64,000 nt of DNA from Oopsacas minuta (taxonomy: Eukaryota > Animalia > Porifera). Under the pieces are notes generated by a model. The model was not told the DNA's origin and ran no database searches. It saw nothing but the letters and a program-made list of their open reading frames with translations. The translations under genes and the position numbers were made by a program. Of the stretch, positions 59,422 through 64,000 are shown one piece after another. Positions within the stretch are counted from its first letter, which is position 1; each line of letters opens with the position of its first letter. The stretch covers positions 1,309,673-1,373,672 of the forward strand of contig JAKMXF010000066.1 in assembly GCA_024704765.1 (NCBI GenBank). Direction: 5' to 3'.

Positions 59422-60384
59422 GTTAGTATGTACATAAAGATTTTCACTTTATTATTATTTACATATATATTTATTTATTAGTATTAGTTCTATTATGACG
59501 GAAAGTAGATTACTTTATTTTGATTCATGTAAATTTATAAGTTTGTGTATTGCCTATGTTTTGCTAGACTCTGGGTGTGGGTATAAATGTACATTGGGTC
59601 ACATCGGTACCAATCTATTTTACCGATTACTCAATTATTATTTTAGCCGTAAACCGTCTACGGATAAATATTAAATTTTACTACAATACTGGTTGCCATG
59701 ACTTACAATTGTATAGCCGGCACAGTAATGATTTAAAAATACAATATCTTCATGTCCCAGAGAGAATGTGGTTGAGATAATTGAAGAGTCAAAAAATTTT
59801 ACATATTAACTGGCCTATAAAAAATAAATATAAATACCGTCCGCCGTCCCAGTTTTCAAAGAAATTCCGGATGAGTAATTTATTTCACATGGCCGAAATT
59901 CTAAATTTTTTATTAATTATTTTAACAGTTCATTTTCACAAAATCCCATTCTTGCCAACCATCCAACGATTTGACTTAAGATTCAGTGGGGAAAATTAGT
60001 AAATCCAAGGAATATATTGGCAATTTCTGGCTCTTAGAAACGGGGAAAATCATTAAATTTGCGTTAATAGTAGAAATCTAGGGAAAATATTGAAAATCCA
60101 TGGATTTCTAATCAATATCAAGGGAAACAGTTAGAATAGGTTGGTATGTATGCTATCCCTATGATTCGGATGAATGGAATAATACCTACTACGTAGGTAT
60201 TAATTTGTTCCCCGAAGGCGCACGTCTTATCCGAATTCGATTGTACTTTATTGTTGCTTGGTTTTCGAGTTCGTCACTAAACTCGATTTCAAAGATAACC
60301 AAAAGCAGACTTTCGCATTTTCTACCAGTTTTTACGCTTATTTTATGAAATAATGCATCATTTCACATCATATCACAGACTAAA

Positions 60385-62388
60385 ATGGCCTATTCAAAAG
60401 TGTCTTTGTTTGGTTTTAATTCTATTCTATTCTTGTGTAAAACACCAAAATCTCTTTCAAAATTGAATTTCGTTTTTCATTCCAATTTTATTATTTATTC
60501 AAAAAGATTCTCAATGGCATCAGCTGGAACTCTAGCTGATCGTATCCAAAAGGAGATCAAAGAAGTTCCAGTTCTCTTATACGCGAAATCAACCTGCAAA
60601 TTCTGTGAGAGAACCAAAAAGCTTTTGAAGATCGCTAACGTAACTCCACACGTCGTAGAACTCGACAAGAGAGATGACGGTCCAGAAATCCAAAAGATAC
60701 TAGCTAATCTAACAGGCCGTAACACAGTCCCTAATATATTCATATGGGGTGAATCCATCGGAGGTAGTGAAGAGATTCTGTCTTTATACTCTACAGGGAT
60801 TCTGAAACAGAAACTGCTACAACATAGCGTGCCTGCCTTTCAGTCAGGTGACAAGTTTGATTACGATCTGATCGTTATTGGTGGTGGTTCAGGTGGATTA
60901 GGCTGCGCTAAGGAAGCTGGTAAATTAGGTGCATCAGTCCTATTGCTTGATTACGTTACTCCATCTCCTTCCAGCCTCAAGACTCAATGGGGGCTAGGCG
61001 GTACATGTGTGAATGTAGGCTGTATTCCAAAGAAACTAATGCATCGTGCTGCAATACTAGGACACGAATTCAACGACTCTAAACTTTTCGGTTGGAAAAC
61101 TCCTGACTCAATTGGTCATGAATGGGGTACAATGGTTCATAACATACAGAATTACATCAAAGGTCTAAATTTCCAATCAACAAAAGACGCAATCAGAACA
61201 TTTGTGGAATACAGCAATGCTCAGGGCCACATGGTAGATCCCCACACAGTTCAGTGTATTTCAAGAGGCAAGGACGGTGCTGTCACAGGAGATAAGACTG
61301 TCACTGGTAAGTATATTGTTATCGCTACAGGAGGACGGCCTACTTACCCTTCAATACCAGGAGCAGTTGAGTACGGGATTACCAGTGATGATCTATTCAG
61401 TTTACCATATGCTCCGGGGAAAACTGTAGTCATTGGTGCTTCATATGTTGCTCTGGAATGTGCAGGCTTTTTGAAAGCAACTGGTTTTGACGTTACTGTA
61501 CTTGTACGTTCAATCTTGTTGCGAGGATTCGATCAGCAAATGGCAGAATTAATCGGTGATTACATGACTAACATGAATGGTATCAATTTGATACGTAAAG
61601 CAGTTCCTATTAAAATCGAGCAAATTAGCGCGGGGAATCCTGGCATTCTGAGGGTAACATACGAGACTATGGATCCTACTGATCCTGATAAGAAAGTACA
61701 GCAGGTGATTGAGTGTAATACAGTACTATTTGCTATTGGTAGGAGTCCATGTACAAAGGATATAAGCCTTGACAAAGCAGGAGTAGTTACAGATAGCACA
61801 GGCAAAATACCTACTATCTACGAACAAACAAATGTAACGCATATCTACGCGCTGGGAGATATATTAAAAGACAAGTTAGAGCTTACACCAGTTGCTATAC
61901 ATGCTGGCCGTCTGTTAGCTCATCGTCTCTTCAACAACGCTACCCTACAATGTGATTATACTAACGTGGCCACTACAGTATTTACATCACGAGAGTATGG
62001 TGCTATTGGCTTGGCTGAAGAGGATGCAAGGGCTGTGTATGGGGATGACAAGATTGAGGTTTTTCACGGCCAATTCGTACCCCTTGAAGACGCTATCCCT
62101 AAGACACAGGAGTTTGAAGTGAAGGGATACCCGTTTGAGTATCCATGGTGCTATGCTAAGCTAGTTTGTAATAAAGCTGATAACAATAGGATATTGGGAT
62201 TCCATGTGTTAAGCCCTAACGCTGGAGAAATTACACAGGGCTATGCAGTGGGTATTAAGATGGGAGCTACTAAAGCTGATATGGACGCTACCATTGGGAT
62301 ACACCCTACTTGCTCTGAGATATTTACTACTCTTGCTATCACGAAAGAATCCAATATTGACATTACACCTGGTGGTTGCTGAAGTTAG
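60385..62388 (+). CDS. TXNRD3: Thioredoxin-glutathione reductase (glutaredoxin-TrxR fusion selenoprotein, TXNRD1/3-like), intronless
   Basis: Grx domain with CKFC and TVPNIF, FAD motif GGGSGG, redox centre CVNVGC and IHPT. The C-terminus is GGT TGC TGA AGT TAG = G-C-U-S-stop, and a SECIS lies 84 nt after the stop codon. Orthology to a specific vertebrate paralog is not established. Confidence 0.93.
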
Positions 62389-62471
62389 GCTATAGAACTG
62401 GTCCACTGGTTCGCTCATTCAGACACAATGGTATTAGTATTAATTGGTCGAGGAATGTATTTCTCATTGCT

Positions 62472-62513
62472 ATGACGATGTGACTGTAAACCTTATGAGC
62501 AGTCATATCCGAT
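62472..62513 (+). promoter_or_regulatory. SECIS element
   Basis: AUGA-C, 11-bp helix GAUGUGACUGU/GCAGUCAUAUC, apical AAA (62488-62490), closing C-GA-U. The non-Watson-Crick quartet is canonical. Helix I could not be clearly resolved by eye. Confidence 0.85.
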
Positions 62514-63601
62514 CTACCAGTTTTACTGCCATTTTAGGATGTATTTTAGGATTGATTATTTAGAAATTAGCTATATATAGTGATGTTTATTGTGTATTTA
62601 TTCCATACATGAGTGTGTTATATCCCGATGACATAGGAATTATTTTGCTATTAATTATTAAGCGAGATATTTCAATCGGCTTATGTTAAGAACAAGCCAG
62701 AAGCGGGTAATATTTGGAACTTTGTTTCACTATGTATTTCTCGGTTTGTCACTTCGAAATACAAGAAAAATGAAAGTATTTTTAACTTAAAACAGCTGTA
62801 ATTATCACGTAACTATACACACGTAATACAAGTTAAGGTCACGACTCAGCCAAATTTAATTATTTTTCACACCATGGATAATAGCCGATCGTTAAAATTA
62901 TTCCTGAGATATTCTATCATTCTTTAGGAAATTCACAAGTCAAAACGATGTTTAGTAACTGTTTGTATCTTGTAATATGTTAATATGCACCCGAATGACC
63001 AGCCAAATTCGCATCAAATTTTGTATTACGAATATACGATATTTCATATTTATCCTAATTCGTGCGTGTTGTGAAAATATCGATACAGTGGAGAACATGT
63101 ATAATCCGGAAAACCTCTGCAATATGTCAGTGTTTCTGATCTGAAATAGCTTCCGACAATAGAATTTCACCTGCATAGTCTGACTAAATGTCCCAACGAG
63201 TGTCGGTTTATGCAGGTTCCACTGTACTTTTATAGTAGTCATATATTTTTTCTAGTAAACTATTATCATTGCATGACTATTTTACACTAAACAATAACCA
63301 TCATTTGAGAGTAAAATATGGGATCTATGTGTCATCTTTCCTAATGAATTCGAGAAATTAAAATATACAATATTTTATCTTATTAACAAAGTCCGTATGT
63401 GTATAGCAAAGATTTGCCAAATGATGCATCCGCCCCTTTGAAATACCAACTCAGCAGTCAGCACTTGGTCCCCAAGGAATTTTTTCACTCTCCTGTTAAC
63501 ATACTTAGAAATTAATTAAGACACCAATTTTTGGCATGTATCCTCGTAGTGACCTCTAGTTATAACCTGACATTTGAAAATTTTCTAATGTGTATATTTT
63601 C

Positions 63602-63677
63602 CAAGGTTCCAACGGAATAGTTCAATGTTAGGTACTATTCATGAATACTGATATTCGGTTCGATCGGTTTCAACTTG
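63602..63677. mobile_element. 76-bp internally deleted copy of the 41441-41591 hAT MITE
   Basis: Shares TATTCATGAATACTGATATTCGGTTCGA.CGGTTTCAA and has its own perfect 8-bp TSD ATATTTTC at 63594-63601 and 63678-63685. Confidence 0.8.
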
Positions 63678-64000
63678 ATATTTTCACACCTTTTGGTGTT
63701 TCAACATATTTTCATACCTTTTCTATACAAATTCGAAGTATTTTGAAATTAGGTTTCAACATGATGTCGGGGTAATTGTTGGCGTAGTGTTCGATTTTGA
63801 CGCTATAACAATAGACCACTACACACAATGCTGCAGGATTGGAACAATATAAATTATGGTAGGCTGTTATCAGAGTTGAAAGTTACGAGTATACAGATTT
63901 GTCTTTGCAAATTGTATTGTCCATGTATCAGATGATGCCTTTGGTACAAGGCAATTTATTACTTCAAAATCATCATTGAAATGTATGAAGTATAGAGAAG

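Noticed and set aside
62380-62382. TGA as the true stop of the reductase
   Set aside because: It sits at the conserved Sec position after Gly-Cys and is followed by a SECIS, so it is read as selenocysteine.
1-64000. tRNA, rRNA or snRNA genes
   Set aside because: No cloverleaf or recognisable rRNA/snRNA sequence was seen by eye. A covariance-model scan was not possible.

Overview
AT-rich eukaryotic (animal) genomic DNA with short GT-AG introns and many MITEs. The style suggests a compact invertebrate genome such as a sponge, but that is inference only. In order: the 3' part of an RNF213-like E3 ligase (RING plus RZ finger); a Rieske-domain gene (RFESD-like); a type-B carboxylesterase with a hidden hydrophobic-tail exon; an inverted pair of WH1/EVH1-only genes; a ~12.5 kb ankyrin gene broken by one frameshift and built from ~590-aa super-repeats that each carry an unrecognised beta-rich insert; CFAP210; a cluster of LRR-EGF-TM receptor genes (one intact, two pseudogenes, one orphan 5' fragment); two tandem carbohydrate sulfotransferases flanking a decayed OTU-protease gene and a complete type III hammerhead ribozyme fold; and an intronless thioredoxin-glutathione reductase whose TGA is a selenocysteine codon (SECIS present, unusual GCUS C-terminus). 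All coordinates, splice sites and alignments were read by eye.
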